In this document: positions 15,815-26,164 of the stretch, piece by piece
How positions within the stretch are numbered: the stretch's first letter is position 1
Layout: each line of letters starts with the position of its first letter
Virus record (IMG/VR): IMGVR_UViG_3300011741_000001
Location: 124,001-188,000 of that record
Source of the DNA: an uncultured virus (IMG/VR IMGVR_UViG_3300011741_000001)
Taxonomy: Duplodnaviria > Heunggongvirae > Uroviricota > Caudoviricetes
Direction: 5' to 3' (one strand)
DNA: 64,000 nucleotides
The notes under the pieces: generated by a model
The model's database searches: none
Seen by the model: only the letters and a program-made list of their open reading frames with translations
Told to the model about the DNA's origin: nothing
Position numbers and translations under genes: made by a program

Positions 15815-17978
15815 ATTTGAATCCGTTCAACACACCCTGTGTTGCAGTCAGGTCGTCTTTCATACCTGACCAACGCACCGGCGTGGTCTGTTTAGATGGG
15901 TTACATTCCATCACATCATCCAGATACGGATCGTAGTAGATGAACCGGACCACTTTAACCCCCGCACCACTTGTACCCAACTGATAACTGGTGTTATTGT
16001 TGCGGGTGAGTGAGGGAACAACGGCGGTGTCGGTGGTGGTTTCAAAATACGCTAAAGCGGTGATTTCCTGACTTAACCAGAAATTTCCCACATCGGCATT
16101 CGGTGAACAGTGCGACATTACCCCACCGAAATACGAGTTAGCGTTAACGCGACCACCCCACGGCGTACCGGTTAGCCTTGCATACGTTTCACTGTTCGGT
16201 GTGGAGCCGAGCGTCGTTGTAATGCTTATCGGTTTTGTTAAATCGACATTACCAATGAACACCCCGATGTCAGCCACCACGACATCTGACAGACTCGCAA
16301 TATAAGCTTGCAGTCTAGCCTCACGAGAAACTGGGTCAGGTTTCAGTTGACCCCGCGTTACCCACTTGAGTTTATCAGACGGTGCAGTGAGCACTTTACC
16401 CGGTAAACGCGCTTTGTCAGAAGCGAACGGATAGTAGAACGGTAAGTTGTTGGTGTACTGGTAACGAGAACCGTTTTTACCCGGCTCACCTGCTGCCCCA
16501 CCTGCCCCACCACTTATCCATCCTGCGGTACTGCTGCCAAGGTACACGTTCTGCGCACCCGGACCGCCTTTGACGTCGGTGCCGTTTCCGCCGTTGTTCT
16601 GACCAGTTCCGGTGTTGGTTGAACCCTCACCGTAAGCACAACCCGCTCCGCCATACGCGTAATACCACGCAGATGAGTATTTATTGGCAGAGCTCCCGCC
16701 ACCGCCCCCACCGGCAATCAGTCCTTGGTTGTCGACGTTGATAACCCCGTTAAAGTCAGTACCTACGGTAATGGCGTCGCCCGCCACCGAGTTAACAGTG
16801 AACGCACCATAACGCGAACCTTTACCGACAATGCGTCCCAGGTTCTTCAGGTTAAGCTCCACCGTACCGTAGGCGGCCATTCGTGCCAAAGCAATCGGTG
16901 CGGTAGTGACGACAGTTGATGTCAGTGTCACACCCGGATTAACGGTCAGGTTAATGATGAGCTTACCGGCGGTGGCGACCTTCGCAGCCACCGCTGTACC
17001 CAACCATCCCGGGGCACGCTGGGATGTCGCCGCCACAATGATGTCAACGGTTTGCACGTCGTCCGAATAATGCTGAACGTTTGGCGACCCTTCCCCAACG
17101 GCACTGTACGAGCCCGGTACCGCTTTCAGTAACACCGTCGTTGGCTCCACACTGAAATCGATAGGGCTGTCAACCAAATCCTCGGTTGTGACGTACGGGC
17201 CCAGACTCAGGTTCTCGTATGCCATTGCGTCGTACAACGTCCCGGTAAAGTCATCCGGCAATGACATGGTCTTTCCGGTGTACGTCGACAAGTCCCGCCG
17301 CGAGAAGAACATGTTGTACGTACCCGAATACCCACTTCCCGGTTTCCCTTTAACGATCACCACCGAGTTATACGCTGACGTGATGCCTGCCTCTGCTGTT
17401 GTTTTCACATCCGTGAAATCAAACAACTCAACGGGATACGAACGCGCGTTACCGTTCTCAACCAATGACGTGAAAGTCGCTAAGGTGAGGTGTCCCGTGG
17501 GCGCGACGTTGTTTTTGGTGAATGCGGTGCTGATGTCGATGAACGACTCTGTCAACGTCAGTACCACACTCCCGTAGAAGTGTGGGCTGGTATCCGCCGC
17601 ACGCAGCGTCACTGTCGCGGTACCGTTGTTCCATGTAATCGCATCACTCTGGAACTCATTCGCTGGCATCCGCAAACCATAACGGTAACCGAGCTGCATC
17701 AGCAACTGGCTGACAGTGGCAGCCCCACCGATGTTTAACGCCGTCCCTAACCCGTACGGCTTCTTCCCAAACACATCGGTTAATGCTACACGGTCAATAA
17801 CAAACGTGTATTCCCCGTAGTTGGGTTTGGTGGCTTTACCCTGAATCGTCACGGTGGCCTTTGCACCGTTAGGCACAAAGGACTTAATCCGTACGTCTAC
17901 CGGGGAGGCCACTAACGTGTTGTTGGCGCGGTTTAGCGCATTGATAACGCTATCCAGCAACGGACTCACGGTTGGCAT
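15813..17978 (-). CDS. Tail fibre / receptor-binding protein with gp38-like glycine-rich adhesin domain
   Basis: Two N-terminal paralogue modules, then NQGLIAGGGGGG...GGAGGAAGEPG...KWVTRG, then a C-terminal domain shared with 17989..19323. Confidence 0.7.
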   Translation of the reverse strand: MPTVSPLLDSVINALNRANNTLVASPVDVRIKSFVPNGAKATVTIQGKATKPNYGEYTFVIDRVALTDVFGKKPYGLGTALNIGGAATVSQLLMQLGYRYGLRMPANEFQSDAITWNNGTATVTLRAADTSPHFYGSVVLTLTESFIDISTAFTKNNVAPTGHLTLATFTSLVENGNARSYPVELFDFTDVKTTAEAGITSAYNSVVIVKGKPGSGYSGTYNMFFSRRDLSTYTGKTMSLPDDFTGTLYDAMAYENLSLGPYVTTEDLVDSPIDFSVEPTTVLLKAVPGSYSAVGEGSPNVQHYSDDVQTVDIIVAATSQRAPGWLGTAVAAKVATAGKLIINLTVNPGVTLTSTVVTTAPIALARMAAYGTVELNLKNLGRIVGKGSRYGAFTVNSVAGDAITVGTDFNGVINVDNQGLIAGGGGGGSSANKYSSAWYYAYGGAGCAYGEGSTNTGTGQNNGGNGTDVKGGPGAQNVYLGSSTAGWISGGAGGAAGEPGKNGSRYQYTNNLPFYYPFASDKARLPGKVLTAPSDKLKWVTRGQLKPDPVSREARLQAYIASLSDVVVADIGVFIGNVDLTKPISITTTLGSTPNSETYARLTGTPWGGRVNANSYFGGVMSHCSPNADVGNFWLSQEITALAYFETTTDTAVVPSLTRNNNTSYQLGTSGAGVKVVRFIYYDPYLDDVMECNPSKQTTPVRWSGMKDDLTATQGVLNGFK

Positions 17979-17988
17979 ACTTCTCTCC

Positions 17989-19323
17989 TTACGGTAGCCA
18001 GATAGTTGGGGTTGCCGTCACAGCAGGTGCCGCAAACGGGTTGAGGGTACGCATGTTACCGTAACGCACATCGTAGTACGTAAACGCATTCACACGGACA
18101 CCCGACGTGCCGCCAGCCTGGGTGTAGAACAAACTGGTGTAGCCGTTACGCGCGGTTTGGTTATACGCCGTGGTCGGGGCCACTAATGCGGTTATCGTTA
18201 ACAACACTTTGAGTTTGTTCGCAACAGCATAATCAAAACACTCTTGCGTAGGGAAACAGTGTTGCGCGACGCGGTGCATACCCGAGAGCGCGGCATACAC
18301 TTCCTTGCCCCACACGTTACCGTAATAAACGTCAGTGTCCCGTAACGCGCCCATGTCCACAATCACCGACTTACCTGCGTACGCTCGGATAAACTCATCC
18401 GGCGTCACGATAGGATTACCGGACACCTGCACCCAGTTTTCAAAGTCTTCCGCCGAAGCCGTAACTGTTTCGGCAACCTTCGGTGTGTAATGCAAATATA
18501 ACGGCACCGTCCACTTGTGCTTACCCGGTGTGGGCGTCACGATGAGAAGATTGCTGTAGTTTTGATTGCTGTCGGGCGTGGCCTTAGTCGTGGTCGCGGT
18601 GATAATGCTATCCGTAATATCGTAATCACCGGCACCTAATGTGGTACCGCACTCGAAAGGAATCCCACTCCAGCTCTTCAATACCGAAATGAAAGCCGCG
18701 ACCCCTGTCTGGTTGGAGCGCAAGGCCGTGTTCTTTTGCACTGCCCCCAGTTGGGTTGCATAGGGATGCCACGACTTGTTGTACACCGCTGCAGCCGGCG
18801 ACGGGTTACGCCACAAACTGTTTACGTTGTTCTCTGGCAAATACAAATCCACAAACGCTGGGTCTTCACGTACGAACACAAACGATAACACACCTGAATA
18901 ACACACACTGCCGGCTAATATCGTCATGTTCGATGTAGCCGTTTTCGTGGTTGAATATGCTGCTAAGACGTCCGGGCTTGCAATATCATCGAGCGTTAAG
19001 TTTAACCCTAACTGCTCGTTGACATACGGCAACATCTGTGCGCGGGTAGTCGCGCGATACGGAATGGTGACGGGCCCTGCGGCCACGCCCCCAAACAGTT
19101 TTTGCATCTGAATACGATCGTAATACAACACGAGCTCTCCGAGGAATCCTTTCCCCGCAACCCCGTTAAACGTGATTGACGTGTTACGCCCGTTGTCGCT
19201 GGTGACACGCACCGCACCGTTCGCAATCACGGTTTCTGGACTGATACGCCCAGCCATTTCGGGGTTGTCGCGCACCACTTGCTCGCACAACATCTCCATC
19301 GCAGTACCGCTGTAAAAGCCCAT
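17989..19323 (-). CDS. Virion structural protein (paralogue array)
   Basis: N-terminal RDNP...GRNT...YYDR module, internal LYLHY motif, and a C-terminal domain shared with 15813..17978. Confidence 0.7.
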   Translation of the reverse strand: MGFYSGTAMEMLCEQVVRDNPEMAGRISPETVIANGAVRVTSDNGRNTSITFNGVAGKGFLGELVLYYDRIQMQKLFGGVAAGPVTIPYRATTRAQMLPYVNEQLGLNLTLDDIASPDVLAAYSTTKTATSNMTILAGSVCYSGVLSFVFVREDPAFVDLYLPENNVNSLWRNPSPAAAVYNKSWHPYATQLGAVQKNTALRSNQTGVAAFISVLKSWSGIPFECGTTLGAGDYDITDSIITATTTKATPDSNQNYSNLLIVTPTPGKHKWTVPLYLHYTPKVAETVTASAEDFENWVQVSGNPIVTPDEFIRAYAGKSVIVDMGALRDTDVYYGNVWGKEVYAALSGMHRVAQHCFPTQECFDYAVANKLKVLLTITALVAPTTAYNQTARNGYTSLFYTQAGGTSGVRVNAFTYYDVRYGNMRTLNPFAAPAVTATPTIWLP

Positions 19324-19336
19324 GATGTAAACTCCG

Positions 19337-20224
19337 TTAAGGCATAACCAGTTCCAACACCATTACCGTTGGCAAGTTGACCGCCAGCGTTGAGGTGGTT
19401 ATTAACGCCCCTGGCGCATTTGTCGTGACTGAAGCGATCGTGGTAGCGGCGCTGAGATGCGGCCCCACCGCAATGTTGCTGACCGAATTATCGTACAAAC
19501 GCGGTAACGCACCATCTTGCGGTTCCAACGTCATCCTGCACATTCTCGACATCGTGCTACGCCATTCCGACCCAATTGTGTCTGCCTGCGCAGTCAGGTA
19601 TTGCGAGAAAGGAATAGATGAATGACGCGCCAGACGAAGAATGTATTCCAGACCGTTAATGTTCACGATGGTACGTTGTTTCACCGGGTTAGGCGGTGTG
19701 CCGGTAGGAATCTGACCGAAGTCATCGGTACCGAACACCACCCCAGCAGCGTACAACGCATTCCATGACGCGGAGACCACGTAACTGTTTGGGAAGAACA
19801 GCACCTTACCCTTGTGACACATTTTGTACCACTGGGTGAACGATCCCCGAGAGAACGAAGCCAATGCCGGTACTTTCGCCATCAAATCCGCAGGCGTGAT
19901 AAGGTCGGCAGTGGAGATGGTGTCCATGTACCCCGATAGCCAATCCCCACGGAACGGCACCGCCCGGCCGGGCCCGGTCTCCGAGAAATACCCCGTGACC
20001 TGATTTGCGCCCCATGCCCGCTCTGTACCTTTCTTACCGCAAATCCGGTAGTAGTACACCGATTTGTTGGTGACAGTGTTGTCTTCGTACGCGGTTGCGC
20101 TGGCCGCCAACGACACCAGTGGCGTACCGGGATTTTTGGAATCAATCGCGGTGGAAGAACGGTAGACTTCAACAGCATCAAGGTTCTGGTCAACCATTGA
20201 GTCCCATTTTAATTTAATGCCCAT
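19337..20224 (-). CDS. Virion structural protein (FN3-like N-terminus plus GPG-GD domain)
   Basis: IKLKW...VEVYR...YYYR, then GPG...GDW...WYKM...GKVLF. Confidence 0.7.
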   Translation of the reverse strand: MGIKLKWDSMVDQNLDAVEVYRSSTAIDSKNPGTPLVSLAASATAYEDNTVTNKSVYYYRICGKKGTERAWGANQVTGYFSETGPGRAVPFRGDWLSGYMDTISTADLITPADLMAKVPALASFSRGSFTQWYKMCHKGKVLFFPNSYVVSASWNALYAAGVVFGTDDFGQIPTGTPPNPVKQRTIVNINGLEYILRLARHSSIPFSQYLTAQADTIGSEWRSTMSRMCRMTLEPQDGALPRLYDNSVSNIAVGPHLSAATTIASVTTNAPGALITTSTLAVNLPTVMVLELVMP

Positions 20225-20233
20225 GGCGACTCC

Positions 20234-21253
20234 TTAGGCTTTGAGGGTGACGGTAGGTTCAATGAGTTCAATGACCGGAAGCCACGTTGCGGTTGTACTG
20301 ACGGTCAATGCGTTAATAGACGCTAAATGCGCTTTTGTAGTGGGGCTGACACTGACCCAGCTAATGCTGCGTTGACCCCGTGTTACGGCCAGGTTTCCAG
20401 TAAGTTCTTGTACCCAAAGGCGTGAGGCGTTTGTACGTGGGGTGATGTTACTGCTGGAGCTGTTCTCAGAGGCAGCTGCGCCCAACAAAGTGTCAACGTT
20501 GACTTCCGCAAAGTTGATGGTGCGTTGTTTCTCAGGCACCAGATTACACATCGCGTACACCAGATCACTGTACTCGTTGTTCTCCGAGTTGGCCACGTCA
20601 TCCATGCTCGCATACACGGCCGGGATATTGAGGTAACTCCCATCACGCACCCCACGCAGCAGACGAACTTTGTAGTCCTCGCCATTAAGGCTGAGCTTCA
20701 CAAGTTGGTTTACCGGCGTACCGGGTGGTGTTGCATCGCCTGCCGCCGTGGCATCCACACCATACACCAAGCCGGCGTTGTACAGGTAGTTCCACGATAC
20801 CCCACCGAACGTGTTTTCCGGGACATAAATGATTTTCCCGTTGCGAATCATTTTGTGCCAGACAGGAGCAACCAGCGAACCCGGAAGACCCACGGTGGCT
20901 TTGGCTGCGGCTAAAATATTGGCGCTGGTAAAGAAATCCGATGCCAGCAGCGGGCCGTAGTAACCCAGGTTATCATCGCCATACAGCAACGTTGACGGGC
21001 CAGCCCCGCGGTTATCCGCTACCAGAATTTTCTGGTTCGGGGTCAGGATGAGATCGTTAGCCGTTTTGGTGCCGAGTATGTAGTAATACGTTTTCCCGTT
21101 CTCGGCAGTTTGATCCACGTAGAACGCGTCACCGTTTGTGACGGTAGCTATCGGGGCAGGGAGGTTTGTAGGATCTAACGCAGCGTCGCCCCGGTAAATG
21201 TTCACCGAGTTGGCCACCACGTTGCGGTTAGTCCACGTAAGGCGTAAGGCCAT
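20234..21253 (-). CDS. Virion structural protein (FN3-like N-terminus plus GPG-GD domain)
   Basis: LRLTW...VNIYR...YYYI, then GAGP..LLYGDD.LGYYG. Confidence 0.7.
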   Translation of the reverse strand: MALRLTWTNRNVVANSVNIYRGDAALDPTNLPAPIATVTNGDAFYVDQTAENGKTYYYILGTKTANDLILTPNQKILVADNRGAGPSTLLYGDDNLGYYGPLLASDFFTSANILAAAKATVGLPGSLVAPVWHKMIRNGKIIYVPENTFGGVSWNYLYNAGLVYGVDATAAGDATPPGTPVNQLVKLSLNGEDYKVRLLRGVRDGSYLNIPAVYASMDDVANSENNEYSDLVYAMCNLVPEKQRTINFAEVNVDTLLGAAASENSSSSNITPRTNASRLWVQELTGNLAVTRGQRSISWVSVSPTTKAHLASINALTVSTTATWLPVIELIEPTVTLKA

Positions 21254-21264
21254 GTTGTTGTTCC

Positions 21265-22704
21265 TTATTTAAAACCGTCTAAATCACCGTTGGTACCGAC
21301 CAAGGATTGGCGTGGCGACACAACGATTTGCAGTACCGGCGCACGCAGAATGTTGGCAGGTGAGCGCCCTTTGACGTTGCTCACGGCTTTCACCGGCTCT
21401 GCGGTAATCTCGGTAACGCGAGGAATCGAAATCGTGCGCAGGAGACGCCCTGAGACGTTTTCCACGCGCACCGGTATATTCGGGTCACGGGTCTGGTCGA
21501 TGGTCAGTACCGGGGCTCTGAGTCTCCCTACGACCGTACCCTTGACATCTGTCAGTACCAGCACAGTATTACTCAAATCGTGCAGGGCTAAGAATGGTCG
21601 CCATGCATATTTGGCGGTCTTCGCAATCGAACCGGTCGATACCACTGACATTGACGTCACCCACACGTTTGTACCGGCCGAACTGTTGGCGGTCTGGAAC
21701 ATAAACGCGGTTGAAACATCAAGCGTTGGTTGGGTGGTTGTCAAATCATCCCAGTCACCGGTGGTGTAAGTTCCGGTGAACACGCGGCCGAGTAACTGAC
21801 CGAGCTCCCCGTCCTTTACACGCACCCCGGTCACCCAGTCTGCCGCCGCGTAAGTGGGTACCCGCGGTATAAAGCCTACCGTTCCTTCTGGTGAATCGAC
21901 CGCAATGACTTTATTTTGCGGCGTAGGTGTGGAGTCGGTCGGTGGGTAAACACCCGTGCCGTCGCTACCATACACGGCTCCCCGATCGTACAACGTCTTC
22001 CATGTGGTACTCCCGATATTCACACTCGGGAAGTACAAGATTTCACCTTTATACGCAAACTTCAACCAGAACAGGCTCGAGTTCACAATCGGTGTGGAGG
22101 CAGTATCATCCCCGAGTAACGCGTTGTAGACGTCCAGAGCCGACGCCATCTCTTCCGCTTTGACTACACCAAAGTAACCTGCGTCCATTGTCCCGGTTAA
22201 CATCGTTTTGGTGCCCGGACCCGAGGCAGGGTACTCGCCTGCTGGACTGCGCGTCCAGTTCACACTCAGACTGCCCGTAAAGGCCGGTGAGGTGGGGGCG
22301 ATCGTCAGGGTGACGACGGTGGGGGTATAACCGTTGGTGAGTTTTGTCGCTCCGTTGGTGATGTCGGTTGACTGTAAACCCAATCCGTATTGTTCGTTCA
22401 GGGCTGGCAACAAATCCGCGTAAGTGGCGGAATTCGTGTCGGCCGCAAATACCACGGTAATCCCATTAAAGAATTTACCGAGATCCAGTCTGTCGTAGTA
22501 AAATTCGCGACGACCTACAAAACCTGCACCGGACTTTCCGTTTAAAACCACGCGGGCATTACGCCCGCTGGTACCTAAACTGTTGGTGTACGGCCCACCC
22601 AACACCAGAACGTTGTCCGGTGTGAGTGGGTAAGGCAGGTCGGGGTTGTCACGCGTTACTTGTCGACAGAGGAGACTCAGCGACGAGTAGCTGTATGGCC
22701 CCAT
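21265..22704 (-). CDS. Virion structural protein (paralogue module plus GPG domain)
   Basis: RDNP/GRNAR/YYDRLDL module, SGPG..MLTG...GYFG. Ends NGDLDGFK. Confidence 0.7.
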   Translation of the reverse strand: MGPYSYSSLSLLCRQVTRDNPDLPYPLTPDNVLVLGGPYTNSLGTSGRNARVVLNGKSGAGFVGRREFYYDRLDLGKFFNGITVVFAADTNSATYADLLPALNEQYGLGLQSTDITNGATKLTNGYTPTVVTLTIAPTSPAFTGSLSVNWTRSPAGEYPASGPGTKTMLTGTMDAGYFGVVKAEEMASALDVYNALLGDDTASTPIVNSSLFWLKFAYKGEILYFPSVNIGSTTWKTLYDRGAVYGSDGTGVYPPTDSTPTPQNKVIAVDSPEGTVGFIPRVPTYAAADWVTGVRVKDGELGQLLGRVFTGTYTTGDWDDLTTTQPTLDVSTAFMFQTANSSAGTNVWVTSMSVVSTGSIAKTAKYAWRPFLALHDLSNTVLVLTDVKGTVVGRLRAPVLTIDQTRDPNIPVRVENVSGRLLRTISIPRVTEITAEPVKAVSNVKGRSPANILRAPVLQIVVSPRQSLVGTNGDLDGFK

Positions 22705-22716
22705 GAGTTTACTCCG

Positions 22717-23661
22717 TTAAGGTAAGACGAGTTCAAACACAAATTGCGCGTACCACGTGTACGAGGCGTTGTTGTCGGTGGTCATGCCCGGTGGGTTGTA
22801 CGGGTAGTTGTGCCATGTGACCGTCGTGCTGTACAGCGGAGCCAATGGGGTGCTACCCACCACGTTCGGTGCAGAACCGGTACCCAGCACCGCCAGACTC
22901 GCGAACTTCCCTTGGTCGACATCCGAGTAGTTCGTGGATACGTTAAACAAACGCGCATACGTGTTACGCCACTCCCCATCCGGTTGACTGGTACCACCGG
23001 CATAGTCGTACATGTACGGCAAGCGGACACGGTACTTGTAGCCATTTTTGGTGAACATCGCATTCTGGGCCACACCCGCCGCTGGACTGGCACCCGTCGG
23101 GATAACAGCCCCGACCCCGTCAATCCCGTACACCATTCCCGCATTGTAAATCGCTGCAGGGGTAGAATACGCTCCCGGACCGTGCTGGAAGAACAGGATA
23201 CGCCCTTTGAACACAAACTTGTGCCAACCGCTGAATCCGGAGACGGCGTTCATCGTGCCAAAGATATTGTTCTGTGCCGGCGTTAACCCGCCTTGTGAGC
23301 CAACCAAATCGTCACGGGAGATAAAGTCCGCGTTTGAGACGTAACCAAAGTAACCGGCATACCAGTCGCCCATCAGCAGTTTCTGCGGACCGGGACCGGT
23401 GTCCAAGAAGAAACCTTGGACAATCGGTGCACTGAACAGACGTTCCGTTCCTTTTACCGCGGCAATCCAGTAGGTGTAAACCGTTTTCTCTGTGAGGTTT
23501 GCCACGTCCTCAACGAACTGGGTGGCATCCCCTGCGACTGTCGCCGTCGGACTACCGGGGTTGTTGACATCGATGGTCGCACTGTGCCCCACCTTGCGGT
23601 AGATTTCAATGGACGTCAATGCCTTGTCAGCCTGTGACGGCCAACTTAAACGAATGGTCAT
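22717..23661 (-). CDS. Virion structural protein (FN3-like plus GPG-GD domain)
   Basis: Paralogue of 19337..20224. Confidence 0.7.
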   Translation of the reverse strand: MTIRLSWPSQADKALTSIEIYRKVGHSATIDVNNPGSPTATVAGDATQFVEDVANLTEKTVYTYWIAAVKGTERLFSAPIVQGFFLDTGPGPQKLLMGDWYAGYFGYVSNADFISRDDLVGSQGGLTPAQNNIFGTMNAVSGFSGWHKFVFKGRILFFQHGPGAYSTPAAIYNAGMVYGIDGVGAVIPTGASPAAGVAQNAMFTKNGYKYRVRLPYMYDYAGGTSQPDGEWRNTYARLFNVSTNYSDVDQGKFASLAVLGTGSAPNVVGSTPLAPLYSTTVTWHNYPYNPPGMTTDNNASYTWYAQFVFELVLP

Positions 23662-23670
23662 AGTCGTTCC

Positions 23671-24672
23671 TTATTCTACCAATTCAAAGATGGGGATATA
23701 ACGACCCTGTTGTGATGGCGCGGGGTACGAAATTCGCTGTATGGCAGTCAGGGTCGGCATAGACGCTGCTGGTAAGGTTGAGAACAGTCCCCGGTGCAAC
23801 ACCCGCTCCTGTGCAGAATCGTGCTCCATGCACACCACGCCCCCGTTCGCGTAGGGAAATCCCGCACTCACCCCGTTGGTGCCCAGATACGAGTCCCCTA
23901 ACTGGTTCGTGTTGGCGACGCGTTGTTTATTGGGGACAGACTGCACAATCGGGTAGAACAAGTCGTTATACTCATTAAAGGCAGTCAAGTCGGTATCGTC
24001 ATGGGCTTTGTCTTTGTACGCATCGTTAAACGCGAACACCGGGTTAGCCGCCGCTGACGACAAACCGTGCACCAAACGCATACGGTAAGTGTCGTTTTGT
24101 GAGTCGATTTTGGCGTCCTGCAGCGTCAGGGGGAGTGAACCGTTACCGCCTGCGGGCCCGTTGTCACCGGTACCGTAGACCAGACCATTACGGTACAGGT
24201 CTGCCCATGTCGCCCAACCCGGTGAAATACTCGTGAGCATGTAGAAGATTTTCCCGTTACGGGTAAACTTCGTCACCGGAACACGATCGGTAGAGGCATA
24301 CGCGTTCGGGAACATTGCCAAGAACCCGGCGGGTAACTGGTTCCCGTACCATTGTTCCTCTGCCGCCACCGCACCGTAGTAGCCCAGACGGTCGTCACCG
24401 GAAATCAACGTGTTCGGGCCGATACCGCGACGTACCGCCACGGTGTATTTCTGGCTGGCGGTGGCTACCGTCTTCCCGTTAGCGCTTACGGTCATTAAAT
24501 AGTAATACGTTTGACCGGCTACCACGGTGGTGTCGCGGTACGAGGTTTCCCCGTTACTGAGAGTGACAAGAGGTGCCGGTAACGCGGTGGGTGAAATGTC
24601 TTTGGTGTCGCGATAAATGTTAACCACCGTCGCGAGGGTGTTGGGGTTATTCCAACGTAACGTAAATGACAT
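23671..24672 (-). CDS. Virion structural protein (FN3-like plus GPG-GD domain)
   Basis: Paralogue of 20234..21253. Confidence 0.7.
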   Translation of the reverse strand: MSFTLRWNNPNTLATVVNIYRDTKDISPTALPAPLVTLSNGETSYRDTTVVAGQTYYYLMTVSANGKTVATASQKYTVAVRRGIGPNTLISGDDRLGYYGAVAAEEQWYGNQLPAGFLAMFPNAYASTDRVPVTKFTRNGKIFYMLTSISPGWATWADLYRNGLVYGTGDNGPAGGNGSLPLTLQDAKIDSQNDTYRMRLVHGLSSAAANPVFAFNDAYKDKAHDDTDLTAFNEYNDLFYPIVQSVPNKQRVANTNQLGDSYLGTNGVSAGFPYANGGVVCMEHDSAQERVLHRGLFSTLPAASMPTLTAIQRISYPAPSQQGRYIPIFELVE

Positions 24673-24685
24673 GGTAATACCTCAA

Positions 24686-26113
24686 TTAGAAATCATCCAA
24701 CTCGCCAGACGTTTTACCCAAGTCAATTTTAGCCGGCGTGTAAATCTCGGTCTTAAATGGAATGGGTCGGAAGTCAACGGTTTTCGGCTGTCCCGGAATT
24801 ATCGGTTTCACATACAGTGACTGGTCGACATCAAACGTGATCGGCAAGAAGTCGATAGTCTTCGGACTACCCGGTTGCAGCACACTAACCTGCAGACTTT
24901 GCTCGATGTTAAACGGAATGGTCTTCAGACTCATGTCCATTTGCCCGAACGGGGTATCCAGACCCAACAGCGTATTCGTCGTGTCCACCAATTCCAATAC
25001 CGGGAACCAGTACCAGTTGCTGCTGCCACTCCCACCGACGGTACCCTTCCCGGCGTTCGTCCAACCACCCAGTGAGAGGGTAGCCAGTTTGAAGGCCGCG
25101 GCCGTATTACCGGAGACCGAGTTCTGGAACAGGCAGTACAGGTTCCAGTGCACGTTATTAAGAGACGCCCACTTGCCACTGACCAGATAGTTGAACATCT
25201 GGGCTTCACTGCCCTGATAGTTACCTGAACCGGGGGTGCCGTTGGTGAACGGATCGGGGCCCAGTGACGGCAAGCGAACACGGAAATAGAACCGTCCCTC
25301 GCTTACACTGTCACGACCCAGCATGCGGTTCTGGTTCACGGCCGGTGACATCGGGTATTTACCGGTGTCGTCTGTTCCGTAAACCAGCCCTTCGCTGTAA
25401 AGTGTGGCATACTCTACGTTGTACCCCACCGGGTTAATCGGTAGGTACAGCACTTTACTGTTGTAGAAGAACTTGTACCACCCTTCGGTACCGCCGTACG
25501 TCGTTGGTTTGTACGTCTTCAGGAAGGCCGCTTTAATCAGTTCGGCATGCGAGAACATATCCGCGGGGTCAACCGTACCGAAATACCCCATGACCGTGTC
25601 ACCGAGTAAGAGGTTCTTTGGCCCTGGGCCAGACTTCGGATAGAAACCACTGGACTTGACTTGATAACTGAAGACGAGCGAGCCGGTAAAGGCGGGACTG
25701 GTGTTGATAATAGAAAAAGTGGCGGATTGTACTGCCGCGTTGGGTGCCGTGATAGCTGCATCCGGCGACGCCAAATCGGTGTCAGACAATGTGATGCCAA
25801 GGGCGTCGTTAATCGTCGCCAGCATTGCTTTTTGAGTAAGTATTGATGCTTTCGCGTAAATCGTTGGGGCAAAGTTAATCAGTTGACTGAGGTTAATGCG
25901 GTCGTAGTAGAGCGTAATCTTACCCTGCAGACCACTGCCCGGGTACGCGGTAAACTCCACACGGGTATTACGCCCGTAAGTGCCCACGCTTACAACGACC
26001 GGGGTCTTCGTTAAGGCGGCGTTTGTCGGAGACAGCGCCACCGGTAAATTCGGGTTGTCCCGATTCACCTGATCGTAGATCAGCTGCAACGCTGCCTTCG
26101 AATAGAATTGCAT
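24686..26113 (-). CDS. Virion structural protein (paralogue module plus GPG domain)
   Basis: Paralogue of 21265..22704. Ends SGELDDF. Confidence 0.7.
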   Translation of the reverse strand: MQFYSKAALQLIYDQVNRDNPNLPVALSPTNAALTKTPVVVSVGTYGRNTRVEFTAYPGSGLQGKITLYYDRINLSQLINFAPTIYAKASILTQKAMLATINDALGITLSDTDLASPDAAITAPNAAVQSATFSIINTSPAFTGSLVFSYQVKSSGFYPKSGPGPKNLLLGDTVMGYFGTVDPADMFSHAELIKAAFLKTYKPTTYGGTEGWYKFFYNSKVLYLPINPVGYNVEYATLYSEGLVYGTDDTGKYPMSPAVNQNRMLGRDSVSEGRFYFRVRLPSLGPDPFTNGTPGSGNYQGSEAQMFNYLVSGKWASLNNVHWNLYCLFQNSVSGNTAAAFKLATLSLGGWTNAGKGTVGGSGSSNWYWFPVLELVDTTNTLLGLDTPFGQMDMSLKTIPFNIEQSLQVSVLQPGSPKTIDFLPITFDVDQSLYVKPIIPGQPKTVDFRPIPFKTEIYTPAKIDLGKTSGELDDF

Positions 26114-26133
26114 AACGTCTCCTGACCGCTATC

Positions 26134-26159
26134 AAAAAAGAAAAGGCCCCGAAGGGCCT
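26134..26159 (-). terminator. Rho-independent terminator
   Basis: AGGCCC-CGAA-GGGCCT with an A-tract on the left (U-tract on the - strand). Confidence 0.8.
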
Positions 26160-26164
26160 ATTTT

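Noticed and set aside
15643..15936. ORF-track 97-aa + strand ORF
   Set aside because: It runs through the terminator into the convergent gene. The start-less Gly/Thr frame ending at 15776 looks more protein-like.
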